A stretch of DNA of 64,000 bases from Bacillota bacterium (GCA_023460085.1 JAEWRI010000022.1:135487-199486); one strand, 5' to 3'; positions 16,860-26,077 are shown, counted from the stretch's first letter. The notes: generated from the letters alone by a model not told the origin. Translations and numbers: made by a program.

Positions 16860-18878
16860 TTACGCGCGCGCCCCGGACAGTATAATTTGTACCTGCTGCG
16901 GAACGTCTGATATGTTCGCTGCAGCCTTCTCCAGGCTGGCTTTCCTGCGCGTTACTTCCTCTTCACCCTTGCGTTTTTCCTCCAGAATGCTCTGGATATC
17001 CGTCTCAATCTGTTTGATATCGGCAAACGCGCACTCACCCACGGTGTCCCTGAGGTCCTTTATCTTGCCGTTGATCTGGTTGAAGATTTTATCGTTGAGC
17101 TCCATGGTGCGCGCTGAATCGTTCAGCATCGTACGGTATTCCTTCGTCACCTTGTTGGTAATCGAATTCTGCAATTTGGAGAGCGTCCATCCGATTCCCA
17201 CCACAGTGGACAGCAGCGTACCCACCACAATGGCGCCAAGGCCGATGGGTGTAAAGCATGCCGCGATGCCCAGCGCGATTCCCGTTGCCAGCTGAAGCCC
17301 CAATGTGCGGAACATTGCTTCCTTGCCCAGCACACCGCCCACCAGCGCGGTCAGTATATCCCCCGTGAAAAGCGCGTAAACCACAGAGGCAACCTTTGTG
17401 GCATCGGAGGACAGTTTCTCCGTTTCCGCGCTGTGCCGGAAATTCAGGTCCACCTTGATATCCGTGATCACGCTGGAGAGCTCCGCCGCACGCGATTCCA
17501 GTTTTTTCGCCACGCCCTGTATCCCTTCGTTCAATTTTGGCAGCAGCGTTTCCTTCGTCCACTGTATCGAGAAGGTATTGAATTTATTCTGCAGATAGCT
17601 GCTGTATTCATCAGAAATCGCTTTCGCCGTGCGCTTCAAATGCATCAGTTCCGTCGTCACAGAGCATACGTACTCGCTTTGCCACTGATTCAGATTCTTG
17701 GCGGCTTCCGTGGTCAGCGTGCTGATGACAGGCTTAACGCCCTCCAGCGACTTGTCCAGCTCAATGTTAAATTCGCTGGCGAACAGCTCCGCCTTCTTTT
17801 TGGCCAGCTCCATCTTTTCGCTGACGCTGCTGATGCGCGCCTCAAACTCGGCCAGCGGGAGATCCACCGTATTCAAGTGCTCGCGTATGGTCTGCGCGCC
17901 TTCCCTGCTGATAATCTCCATCTGCGCGGCAATGGCGCTCAGTTTCTCATCGCCCTTGCACTTTACCAGAAATTCTTCCAGGTATTTCTCCATCTTCAGG
18001 TATCCGGACTCCAGCAGGAGTTCCTTGTTTTTGTCGCGCTTCGCCTTGATTGCCTGCAGCGAGGATACGAAGAATACGCCGTTTCCGCCCAGCTTCTCCG
18101 TATATTCAGGCTGCATCAGCCGAGTGCTCTTCTTCAGGTTGCGGTTGATGGTATCGATGGCTTCTTCCACATCCGCCGCCGAAGGCGATTCATCCTTGAT
18201 GTTATCGAAGCGGGTAACGACAAATATCGGCGTATTGTACCCACGCAGGTTGATATCGGCGATAGTATCCACATCCAGCTTCGTGTAGGGCTGCACTCCG
18301 TTCAGGCAATATATGATGGCATCCGCGGAGGGCAGGTATTCCAGCGTGATGGTATCGTGGCTGTTGGGGTCGTTGAGTCCCGGGGAATCCACTACCTCTA
18401 CGCCGTCCTTCAGCATTTCCAGCGGCCAGTATACCTCCATCTTTCTGAAAGGGGACTCAATGACGTTGCCTTCCTTGTAGTTCGCCGCGCCCTGCTTGTG
18501 ATCGATGAGGCAATAGTCGCGTATCCTGTCGATGGGCACGTCAAAAGGTTCGTCGCCACCTTCCCACTTGCCCGGCACGGGGTACACCACCACACGCTTG
18601 TCCTGCGCGTATTTGATCTCCGTGATCAGCGCGGTGGCAGGCATCACCTTGGTGGGGAGTATGGGTTCGCCTAAAAACGCATTAATCATAGAGGATTTTC
18701 CGGAGCTGAACTGCCCCATGATCAGTATGCGGAAAGTCTTGTCGGCGATCTTTTCCTTGCTGGTCATGATCATCTGGATCAGATCATCCCGTGTGCCCAC
18801 CGTATCGATAATTTGTTTTTGCATATCCAGCTGCCGGTCGATGGCTTCCGCAGCATTCTGGTAAGACTTGATATTCAT
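16860..18878 (-). CDS. Bacterial dynamin-like protein (DLP-3)
   Basis: G1 GQFSSGKSS (18693-18716), G3 DSPG and G4 TRFD. Long helical stalk. Gly/Ala-rich hydrophobic hairpin near the C-terminus (LGLQLATGIALGIAACFTPIGLGAIVVGTLLSTVVGIGW). Confidence 0.85.
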   Translation of the reverse strand: MNIKSYQNAAEAIDRQLDMQKQIIDTVGTRDDLIQMIMTSKEKIADKTFRILIMGQFSSGKSSMINAFLGEPILPTKVMPATALITEIKYAQDKRVVVYPVPGKWEGGDEPFDVPIDRIRDYCLIDHKQGAANYKEGNVIESPFRKMEVYWPLEMLKDGVEVVDSPGLNDPNSHDTITLEYLPSADAIIYCLNGVQPYTKLDVDTIADINLRGYNTPIFVVTRFDNIKDESPSAADVEEAIDTINRNLKKSTRLMQPEYTEKLGGNGVFFVSSLQAIKAKRDKNKELLLESGYLKMEKYLEEFLVKCKGDEKLSAIAAQMEIISREGAQTIREHLNTVDLPLAEFEARISSVSEKMELAKKKAELFASEFNIELDKSLEGVKPVISTLTTEAAKNLNQWQSEYVCSVTTELMHLKRTAKAISDEYSSYLQNKFNTFSIQWTKETLLPKLNEGIQGVAKKLESRAAELSSVITDIKVDLNFRHSAETEKLSSDATKVASVVYALFTGDILTALVGGVLGKEAMFRTLGLQLATGIALGIAACFTPIGLGAIVVGTLLSTVVGIGWTLSKLQNSITNKVTKEYRTMLNDSARTMELNDKIFNQINGKIKDLRDTVGECAFADIKQIETDIQSILEEKRKGEEEVTRRKASLEKAAANISDVPQQVQIILSGARA

Positions 18879-18918
18879 CTTTTGCTCCTCACCGTATATT
18901 TAAATTTCGATTAAACCC

Positions 18919-20478
18919 TTATTCCTCCGCCATGAACTCGTTCAGTATCGCGTCGCACTCCATTGCCAGCACGGAATAGCGTTTAAATGCTTCTCCCATT
19001 TTTCTTTCCTCTTCGCCCTCACCGCTGCCCTTCTGGACGCTTGCGGCCAGCTGCGCATCCTTAACTGCCAGCAGCAGCGAAGCATAGATATAGTCCACAT
19101 TCTTTGAGAACGCTTCGAAGTTACTGCCCACGCATTTGACAACATACCGGCGGACTTCCGCTTCCAGCTCCTTCATTCTGTCCTTGTTGTTGCCATGCTC
19201 GACAATGGACCAAAAACCGGTGGCGACGGTAGCGCCTCCCGCCAGCATAGTTGCCGAGAAAATCGCGATGCCGTTGATGATGAAAACCGGCGCGAAAAGT
19301 ATGCTGGCTGCCAGCGCGGCAGAGGAGAACACCAACCCGGTGAACGCCATACGCTTCATCTTCTCGGGGTCGCTGCTCTTTGGCTCCGGCGCTCCGGGGC
19401 TGCCGAACGCGGATGCTTCGTAACCCGGCAATGTGTTCAGTTTCACACCAAATGCCTGCTCGACGTCCGATATCAGCGTTTTACGGTCTTCAACGATCCG
19501 TTCGCTGAGGGCACGGTTGACGCTGCCTGAAATCTTCTGCAGCTCCACCGCCATGTCGTGTTCCAGCTGCCGGTTCCACCAGTCCTTTTTCGAAGACGCC
19601 AGCGACATCTTCATTACCAGACTGTCACCTATCTCCGCTACGGCCTTCTCCCGGATCCGGTTGATCTCAGCCAGCGCTTCGTTATTTTTTTTCTTGACGC
19701 GCAGCTCGATTTCCTGCCATTGCGTTTCATTGATTTGCGCGCGCACCTTTCCGCTCTCACGGGTTTTAGCACAATCATTCAGCGCCTGCTTTGCCTGCTG
19801 CTGCAAGGCGGAAATACGGTTCTTTACCGCCGAGGCGAACCCCATGCAAAGCAGCATCTCTTTAACATCTTCCACGCTTTCGTGCGCACAGAGCATGCTG
19901 AGCAGTGCCTTGCCCATGCCCTTGTCGTCCTTGCGAATCAGCGCCAGTTCGTCGGTACCGAAGAGCGCGCTCAGCTGCGTCTTTACGTAATCCTCTGCTT
20001 CCGCCTTATCTTCGTCATTCAGCAGCTCCATTTTATTGAGGGCAATGGTGCAAGGGATACCATAGGTAATGCAAGTGCGTATAGCGGCGACATCTCTCGC
20101 GGAAAGCGGAGCGGCGGCGGACAGCAGGAACAATGCCGCGTCTACCCCCCAAAGCACACAGTCGGCGTCTCCCGGCTGTATGTTTTCATACTCCTCAATG
20201 GCGATCTCCGCGCAGGTAATCTCTGTGCCGGGAACTTCCGCTGAAAGCTTGGAATCATGCGTGGACGATACCATTGATACCGGCATTGTCGCGCTGCCCA
20301 AAATCATATTTGCCACTGTGCTTTTTCCGGAGTTGGTATCGCCCAGCACCGCAAATACTTTGCCATGCTTGCACCGGACTTCGTCGCGTTTTCCGTTGTA
20401 TCGACTCGCAATATCCCCGCTGCCAATCTCCGCGGCAAGCGACGTCAGTTTGCTGAACATATCCTCAGGTATTAACAT
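18919..20478 (-). CDS. Dynamin-like GTPase with divergent G3 motif (DLP-2)
   Basis: G1 GDTNSGKST (20320-20343) and an NKME G4-like motif. The expected DxxG position reads VDAAL. C-terminal hydrophobic hairpin (LVFSSAALAASILFAPVFIINGIAIFSATMLAGGATVATGFW). The start overlaps the DLP-1 stop (ATGTTAA). Confidence 0.7.
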   Translation of the reverse strand: MLIPEDMFSKLTSLAAEIGSGDIASRYNGKRDEVRCKHGKVFAVLGDTNSGKSTVANMILGSATMPVSMVSSTHDSKLSAEVPGTEITCAEIAIEEYENIQPGDADCVLWGVDAALFLLSAAAPLSARDVAAIRTCITYGIPCTIALNKMELLNDEDKAEAEDYVKTQLSALFGTDELALIRKDDKGMGKALLSMLCAHESVEDVKEMLLCMGFASAVKNRISALQQQAKQALNDCAKTRESGKVRAQINETQWQEIELRVKKKNNEALAEINRIREKAVAEIGDSLVMKMSLASSKKDWWNRQLEHDMAVELQKISGSVNRALSERIVEDRKTLISDVEQAFGVKLNTLPGYEASAFGSPGAPEPKSSDPEKMKRMAFTGLVFSSAALAASILFAPVFIINGIAIFSATMLAGGATVATGFWSIVEHGNNKDRMKELEAEVRRYVVKCVGSNFEAFSKNVDYIYASLLLAVKDAQLAASVQKGSGEGEEERKMGEAFKRYSVLAMECDAILNEFMAEE

Positions 20479-22343
20479 GCCAATTCTCTCCTTACTGAAA
20501 ACAGTTTTAAATTCTGTATCTGCTCTTCTATTTCCTTCGTATAACGGCCGTTATCCGCTATTTCGCGGTTCAGCCGCATCTTCTTTTCTTCATACATCTT
20601 CAGCGCGTCATTGTACAGCTGCGAATAGATAGCCATATAGTGTCTTGACATCTCTTCCAGTCGCGTGATGCTCTTATCAATGCATTGCACCGTCATAGGT
20701 ATACACTCGCCGGATATTCTATCCGAGATCGTGGGCAGCTGCAAACGTACTTGCTGTACAAAATCTGCCCGCGCCTTTTTCATAAACAGTTTGTCCTTGC
20801 CGAGGTACCCGACGATTCCCCCCACAACCGCGCCTATCGGCCCTCCCAATATCAGGCCGATGGCCGCTGCGCCCCCGCTTGTCAGCACGGTATTCTGCGT
20901 TTCTACTTTTGCGTAGCTTTCACGCACCTGCGCCAGCGAGCTCCCAATCTTCTCTTGGAGGGGTTGAGTCATCGCCGAGGACGCCGCATTCTGAAGCAGC
21001 GCCGCGTTGCCAATGCGTCCATAGCAGGTTTCCAGTTCCCGCTGCATATGATCCCCTGTCCAGTTTACCAGACCTTGCGCAGAGTCTGCCACCTGCTGGC
21101 TGTATCGATAGTACGCGGGCGTCTGATTGGCAATATCGCCTGCAAGACCGTCCGTCCGCGAGGCGTATACTTTAAAATCGGCATGGCTGCTGAACGCGGA
21201 GACACGGTATTCCACCGCCTGCAGCATATAGCTCTCCATCTCTCTCCGTGTCACTCGTTCATTTTCCTTATATACGCCGCGCATTTCCCACAGCCGGTTG
21301 CTCTCCTGTACCTTAATGTCGGCCAGCTTTTTGGCCAGCTGCGGCGGCGCGTTTTCTTCCAGCACCTTAAGGCTGGACTGAAGCGCCTGCGTCTGCTGCG
21401 CAACGCCATCCTTCATCACACCCAGCATCTGTCTCAGCAGCTCTGCCATACGGCAGCTCAGTATGAACTCCCGCTGCTCCCGCAGATGCGTAAAAAGTGC
21501 CTCCCGCAGTGCGTTCAACCTGCGCGCCCACACTTCGTCCTTGCCCGCAAGATACGCCGAGCAGGAAACCAGCAGCGGATCCCGAATTCCCAGCTTTTCC
21601 TGTATATTTTCTCGAACGTACTGCTCCAGTTCTTCCCGCTCGTCCTCCTCCACCCTGTCCATCATAGTGAGCACAAACACCGCATGGTTCATAAACCTTT
21701 CGGCGTTTTCCTTCAGAAACAGTTCAAAGCTGTATGTATAAGCCTGCGTAGCGGGAAAAAGGATGATTACAGAGTCCGCCGCATGTTCAAGCACCTGCTT
21801 GGTGCGCGTTACATGCAGCTCGGAATTCTCCTGACCGGGATTGACTCCGGGGGTATCGATAATGCACAGATTGCCCAGCGCGCCGCTGTCCGGCAGGAGC
21901 ACATCCACCCGCGCGGTGCGGTGCGCTACGGATTCACGAGTAGTTACTGTATTGAGGTTTTCCTTAAAATCACTGCCAAGTGTGATATTGCACACTTCGC
22001 AAAAGGACTGCGCCTCCTGCGCATCATTCAAGTGATACCGCTTTCCGTCGTTGAGTTCAATATGCAGTTCGGCGGTTTCATAAGGCCCGCCTTGAATGTA
22101 CGTGGGAATTGCCGTGGTTGCCATGATTCCGGTTTTCAGACAGTCATATCCGCAGAGCGCGTTGATCAGCGTGCTTTTTCCCGAGCTGAAGTCGCCAATA
22201 ACCGCCAGCTTCAGCGTGGTATCCGCATGCTTTTCCGCGATATCATTTCTTTGCTTTTTCAGTTCTGCCAGCGTGTCTGCCCGCCATGGAAACTCTGTAA
22301 AAAGGCGGCCGGCATACTGTATACTGCGCTCGATTTGATTCAT
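20472..22343 (-). CDS. Bacterial dynamin-like protein (DLP-1)
   Basis: G1 GDFSSGKST (22173-22196, verified on DNA), G3 DTPG and a G4-like TMMD. Helical stalk. Gly-rich hydrophobic segment GGAAAIGLILGGPIGAVVGGIVGYLG. Confidence 0.85.
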   Translation of the reverse strand: MNQIERSIQYAGRLFTEFPWRADTLAELKKQRNDIAEKHADTTLKLAVIGDFSSGKSTLINALCGYDCLKTGIMATTAIPTYIQGGPYETAELHIELNDGKRYHLNDAQEAQSFCEVCNITLGSDFKENLNTVTTRESVAHRTARVDVLLPDSGALGNLCIIDTPGVNPGQENSELHVTRTKQVLEHAADSVIILFPATQAYTYSFELFLKENAERFMNHAVFVLTMMDRVEEDEREELEQYVRENIQEKLGIRDPLLVSCSAYLAGKDEVWARRLNALREALFTHLREQREFILSCRMAELLRQMLGVMKDGVAQQTQALQSSLKVLEENAPPQLAKKLADIKVQESNRLWEMRGVYKENERVTRREMESYMLQAVEYRVSAFSSHADFKVYASRTDGLAGDIANQTPAYYRYSQQVADSAQGLVNWTGDHMQRELETCYGRIGNAALLQNAASSAMTQPLQEKIGSSLAQVRESYAKVETQNTVLTSGGAAAIGLILGGPIGAVVGGIVGYLGKDKLFMKKARADFVQQVRLQLPTISDRISGECIPMTVQCIDKSITRLEEMSRHYMAIYSQLYNDALKMYEEKKMRLNREIADNGRYTKEIEEQIQNLKLFSVRRELAC

Positions 22344-22401
22344 ATGAGTCTGGTTGCAACCTCTTGGGCGTCTGTTTTCTGCTGCGCTGATAATCTACAT
22401 T

Positions 22402-22430
22402 ATCATATAAAAGTTCTTTAACAATGTAAA
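22402..22430 (-). promoter_or_regulatory. Candidate sigma-70-type promoter of the dynamin/HerA operon
   Basis: Minus strand reads TTTACA (22430-22425), 17 nt, TATGAT (22407-22402), about 60 nt upstream of ATG 22343, inside a 448-bp AT-rich non-coding region. Confidence 0.4.
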
Positions 22431-22730
22431 TATTAAACCCAGCATTTAATCAGAAAATTCCATGTAAACTGCAAACTCTTCCCTCTTGTTTTCTTATACC
22501 CTCAACCGTATCGCCCCCTTGTTTTGTGATGATTGTACCGTACTTTTGGCTCCATTCTAATTGCTTCGCATAATTGACTGTCAAAACCGCCTTTTTATCC
22601 GCCCATTTTACAGAAGGCCACGCTTAGGAAACCACATCTGATTTCCCTTTCGCGCCTGCAGTCGCATCTTTCCGTTCCGCGCATACAATAGTCTCAGTCA
22701 TGTTTTTTTTCAAATTGTGCTCTGGCCGTA

Positions 22731-22759
22731 TTGACAATTACATATGAGCGGTCTATCAT
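22731..22759 (+). promoter_or_regulatory. Sigma-70-type promoter of the ArsR/HMA/ATPase operon
   Basis: TTGACA (22731-22736), 17 nt, TATCAT (22754-22759). About 33 nt upstream of ATG 22792. Confidence 0.6.
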
Positions 22760-22779
22760 ATGATTATATCTTCATATGA
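22756..22779 (+). promoter_or_regulatory. Putative ArsR/SmtB operator (two palindromic TCATATGA boxes)
   Basis: TCATATGA at 22756-22763 and 22772-22779, overlapping the -10 element and the transcription start region. Confidence 0.5.
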
Positions 22780-22791
22780 AAGGACGTTCAT

Positions 22792-23136
22792 ATGTCTGGA
22801 GAAACAAGACATGATCATACCGCAATGGTGAAGGCGGTGTGCGCAGAAATGCCGCCCGAAGAGCTTCTGTGTGACCTGGGCGATCTGTTCAAGGTTTTTG
22901 GGGACACAACGCGGGTGCGTATACTGTATTCATTGTTCGAATCGGAGATGTGCGTCTGCGCCATTGCCGAGGTGTTGGGAATGACGCAGTCCGCCATCTC
23001 CCACCAGCTGAAGGTGCTGAAGGATGCCCGCCTCGTCGATAACCGCCGCGAAGGCAAGACCATCATGTATTTTCTGGCCGACGACCACGTGCGCTCCATC
23101 ATCGGTCAGGGCTACGAGCATTTAAGGGAGGTTTGA
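22792..23136 (+). CDS. ArsR/SmtB-family metal-responsive repressor
   Basis: LFKVFGDTTRVRILYSL...CVCAIAEVLGMTQSAISHQLKVLKDARLV (HTH_5 with a CVC metal site). Confidence 0.9.
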   Translation: MSGETRHDHTAMVKAVCAEMPPEELLCDLGDLFKVFGDTTRVRILYSLFESEMCVCAIAEVLGMTQSAISHQLKVLKDARLVDNRREGKTIMYFLADDHVRSIIGQGYEHLREV

Positions 23137-23140
23137 CAAC

Positions 23141-23374
23141 ATGAAAAAGGTGCTGAGAATTGAGAATCTGGACTGCGCACAGTGCGCGGCAAAAATGGAA
23201 ACCGCTATCGCCAAGCTGGAAGGCGTCTCGTCTGCCAGCGTCAGTTTCATGACCCAGCGTATTACCATTGAAGCGGAGCCGGCCGACTGGGATGCGATGG
23301 CTGCCAAAATTGCCGCGATATGCAAGAAAACAGAACCGGACTGCCGCGTAATCTGGAACGGGAAAGCGTTATGA
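23141..23374 (+). CDS. Stand-alone heavy-metal-associated (HMA)-like domain protein
   Basis: 77 aa. IENLDCAQCAAKMETAIAKLEGV resembles the CadA N-terminal metal-binding domain. The stop overlaps the ATPase start (ATGA). Confidence 0.75.
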   Translation: MKKVLRIENLDCAQCAAKMETAIAKLEGVSSASVSFMTQRITIEAEPADWDAMAAKIAAICKKTEPDCRVIWNGKAL

Positions 23375-25221
23375 GCAGGGCGCAAAAAAAGATGCTGCTG
23401 CGCATCATCCTTTCCGCGGCGCTGCTTGCTTTGGTGTGGGTTCTCCCGTTGGAGGGCATTCCGCGGTTTCTCGCTTTCCTGGTCCCCTATGCGCTGATAG
23501 GATACGACATACTCTTCTCCGCGATACGCGGCATACTGCGCGGACAGGTATTTGACGAGAACTTCCTGATGGCACTGGCGACAGTGGGTGCGCTGGTCAT
23601 CGGCGAATACCCGGAAGCCGTTGCGGTAATGCTGTTCTACCAAATCGGCGAACTGTTTCAGCATATTGCGGTGGGCAGAAGCCGCCGTTCCATATCGGCG
23701 CTCATGGACATCCGTCCCGATAGCGCCACGGTGCTGCGCGACGGTGCAGAGCAGGTAGTACCCCCCGAAGAAGTCGCCGCAGGAGAGGTCGTCGTCATTC
23801 GCCCCGGAGAGCGCATACCACTGGACGGCGTAATACTGGAGGGTACGACCGCCGTCAATACCGCCGCGCTTACAGGGGAATCCCTGCCCGCCGACAAGGG
23901 CATCAGCGACAGCGTCGTGAGCGGTTCCGTCAATATCAGCGGTCTCATCAAGGTGCGCGTTTCCACCGAATACGCGAACAGCACGGCGGCACGCATACTG
24001 GAGCTGGTGGAGAACTCCGCCGCGAAAAAAGCGCGCGCCGAACGATTCATCACACGCTTTGCGCGCTACTACACGCCCTGCGTCGTGATCAGCGCGTTGC
24101 TGCTCGCCGTTCTGCCCCCGCTGATACTCTCGCAGGATTTCAGTGTATGGATCAACCGGGCGCTCATCTTCCTCGTCGTGTCCTGCCCCTGCGCGCTCGT
24201 GATCTCCGTCCCACTGACATTCTTCAGCGGCATCGGCGGGGCGTCCCGCGCGGGCATACTCGTAAAGGGCGCGAACGATATTGAAACACTCTCCGCCGTG
24301 CGCGTCGTCGTATTCGACAAAACCGGTACGCTGACAAAGGGTACGCTAAGCGTCGTCGCCGTTCATCCGCAGCAGGTATCGGAGGCGGAGCTTCTGGATA
24401 TCACCGCCGCCGCGGAAAGCCATTCCAACCACCCCATCGCCGATTCCATCATCCGCGCGCACGGAGGACATATCGACAAATCACGCATCGGTGAGGTAAC
24501 GGAGCTTCCGGGTCTTGGAATACAGGCCGTGATCGATGGCAATACCGTGCACGCGGGAAACGGAAAGCTGATGGCCCGGGTGGGAGCGGACTGGCATGAG
24601 TGCACCACCGCGACGGGTTCGGTGGTACATATCTCGGTAAACAACGTGTACATGGGCCACATCGTTGTGTCGGATGAGATAAAACCCGACGCGGCGCAGG
24701 CCATCGCTTCGCTGAAGCGGCTGGGCGTAGACAAAACGGTCATGCTGAGCGGCGATAACCGTAAGACAGCGGAAGCCGTAGGACAGGAACTGGGCATTGA
24801 TGAAATCCACAGCGAGCTGCTGCCGGATCAGAAGGTATCCGAAGTGGAAGCACTGCTCTCGGAGAAGCCCCCGCGCGCGCGCCTCGCATTCGTAGGCGAC
24901 GGCGTAAACGACGCACCGGTGCTTACGCGCGCCGACGTGGGCATCGCGATGGGTGCGCTGGGCAGCGACGCGGCGCTCGAAGCCGCGGACGTGGTACTGA
25001 TGGACGACAAGCTTTCCAAGCTGGCCGCGGCCATCGGACTCTCCCGCCGTACGATGCGCATCGCCCATCAGAATATCGTTTTCGCGCTGGGCGTTAAGGG
25101 CGTGGTACTTATACTGGGCGCGCTGGGTTTCGCAAACATCTGGCTGGCGGTATTCGCGGACGTAGGCGTCATGGTGCTCGCAATCGCCAATTCGTTTCGC
25201 GCATTGCGCCGCGTCGTATAG
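23371..25221 (+). CDS. cadA: Heavy-metal (Cd/Zn/Co-type) translocating P1B-type ATPase
   Basis: CPC motif (VVSCPCALVISVP), DKTGTLT phosphorylation site and GDGVNDAP hinge. ATG 23371 was chosen, because the ORF-track start 23320 lies inside the HMA gene. Confidence 0.9.
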   Translation: MSRAQKKMLLRIILSAALLALVWVLPLEGIPRFLAFLVPYALIGYDILFSAIRGILRGQVFDENFLMALATVGALVIGEYPEAVAVMLFYQIGELFQHIAVGRSRRSISALMDIRPDSATVLRDGAEQVVPPEEVAAGEVVVIRPGERIPLDGVILEGTTAVNTAALTGESLPADKGISDSVVSGSVNISGLIKVRVSTEYANSTAARILELVENSAAKKARAERFITRFARYYTPCVVISALLLAVLPPLILSQDFSVWINRALIFLVVSCPCALVISVPLTFFSGIGGASRAGILVKGANDIETLSAVRVVVFDKTGTLTKGTLSVVAVHPQQVSEAELLDITAAAESHSNHPIADSIIRAHGGHIDKSRIGEVTELPGLGIQAVIDGNTVHAGNGKLMARVGADWHECTTATGSVVHISVNNVYMGHIVVSDEIKPDAAQAIASLKRLGVDKTVMLSGDNRKTAEAVGQELGIDEIHSELLPDQKVSEVEALLSEKPPRARLAFVGDGVNDAPVLTRADVGIAMGALGSDAALEAADVVLMDDKLSKLAAAIGLSRRTMRIAHQNIVFALGVKGVVLILGALGFANIWLAVFADVGVMVLAIANSFRALRRVV

Positions 25222-25231
25222 AAACCGCCGA

Positions 25232-26077
25232 TTATCCCTCATCAAATTCTTGGAAGCCCTCGGAGCCGTCCATTGGCACGAGGGCTTCGCTGCGCTTTTC
25301 CGTTTGCATAAACTCCGTCATACAGCGCCAATAGCGCTTCGGCATGTGCGTCATGCGGCAGCGCGGATTATAGCGTTCCTTGATGCCGATGGTATCGTAA
25401 AAAAGCCGCCACAGCGCGCGAAACTCCAGTTCCTCCGCACCCGGCACAGGAGGCTCATATCCGTCAGCGCCGCAGATACGCAGCATATCGCCCTGATGCA
25501 GCAGCACCATCCGGTTCGTTCGGTCGTAAATCAGAAACCGCTCGCGCGGATACCGTGCCGCGAAGTGGCGCGCAATCATGGGCAGTATGAGGTTTTTAGG
25601 TTCTATCTGCGCTGTCAGCACGCCGCCCGAATCGGAGAAGCGCACAAACCCGGCGTAATGATCCGTTTCGCGGTTCAGCTGTGTGACCGCCACGGAAAGC
25701 GTATGAACGGTTTCGTCTGTCAGCCTGTCCATTACCGACGGCCCGTACCGGAAACCCATCCGCAGAAACTTCAGTATCAGCAGGCCCTTGTTCGGCAAGC
25801 ATGTCAGAAACGCGCGCCGCACGAAGCGCAGCGTTCTCACTCCCATACTGTCCGGAATGGCGCGCAGCACCCTGCGCGCGCGCTCCTCGTCGCTTTCAAT
25901 CGTTTTAACGCGCAGCAGCAGCGGCAGCGCGCCGTCGTCAGGCAGCACATCCGATGGCATCTCGCGCCGCTCATAGCTTTCATACACACAGCACAACAGC
26001 CCGTCGAAGCTGCCGTCATAGGCGTAGACGACAGGACCGCTTTCAATTGACGGCGCTACATCTCTCCGCTCAGGCAT
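25232..26077 (-). CDS. Probable DNA metabolism protein (TIGR03915-like partner of the DNA-repair radical SAM enzyme)
   Basis: VYAYDGSFDGLLCCVYESY N-terminus and constant pairing with the upstream radical SAM gene. ATG 26077 overlaps the upstream gene by 22 nt. Confidence 0.65.
   Translation of the reverse strand: MPERRDVAPSIESGPVVYAYDGSFDGLLCCVYESYERREMPSDVLPDDGALPLLLRVKTIESDEERARRVLRAIPDSMGVRTLRFVRRAFLTCLPNKGLLILKFLRMGFRYGPSVMDRLTDETVHTLSVAVTQLNRETDHYAGFVRFSDSGGVLTAQIEPKNLILPMIARHFAARYPRERFLIYDRTNRMVLLHQGDMLRICGADGYEPPVPGAEELEFRALWRLFYDTIGIKERYNPRCRMTHMPKRYWRCMTEFMQTEKRSEALVPMDGSEGFQEFDEG

Noticed and set aside
17433-18674. 413-aa plus-strand ORF antisense to dynamin-like gene DLP-3. Similar long antisense ORFs: 20685..22421 (578 aa), 19558..20244 and 15568..16050.
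   Set aside because: They are entirely nested opposite well-supported genes with clear GTPase motifs. Their translations are Arg/Leu/His/Gln-rich low-complexity strings with no motif or SD. Such ORFs are expected by chance on the antisense strand of GC-rich coding DNA.
23320-23370. N-terminal extension of the P-type ATPase ORF (start 23320).
   Set aside because: The extension lies inside the HMA-domain gene in another frame. ATG 23371 forms an ATGA stop/start overlap and yields the usual N-terminus just before the first TM segment.
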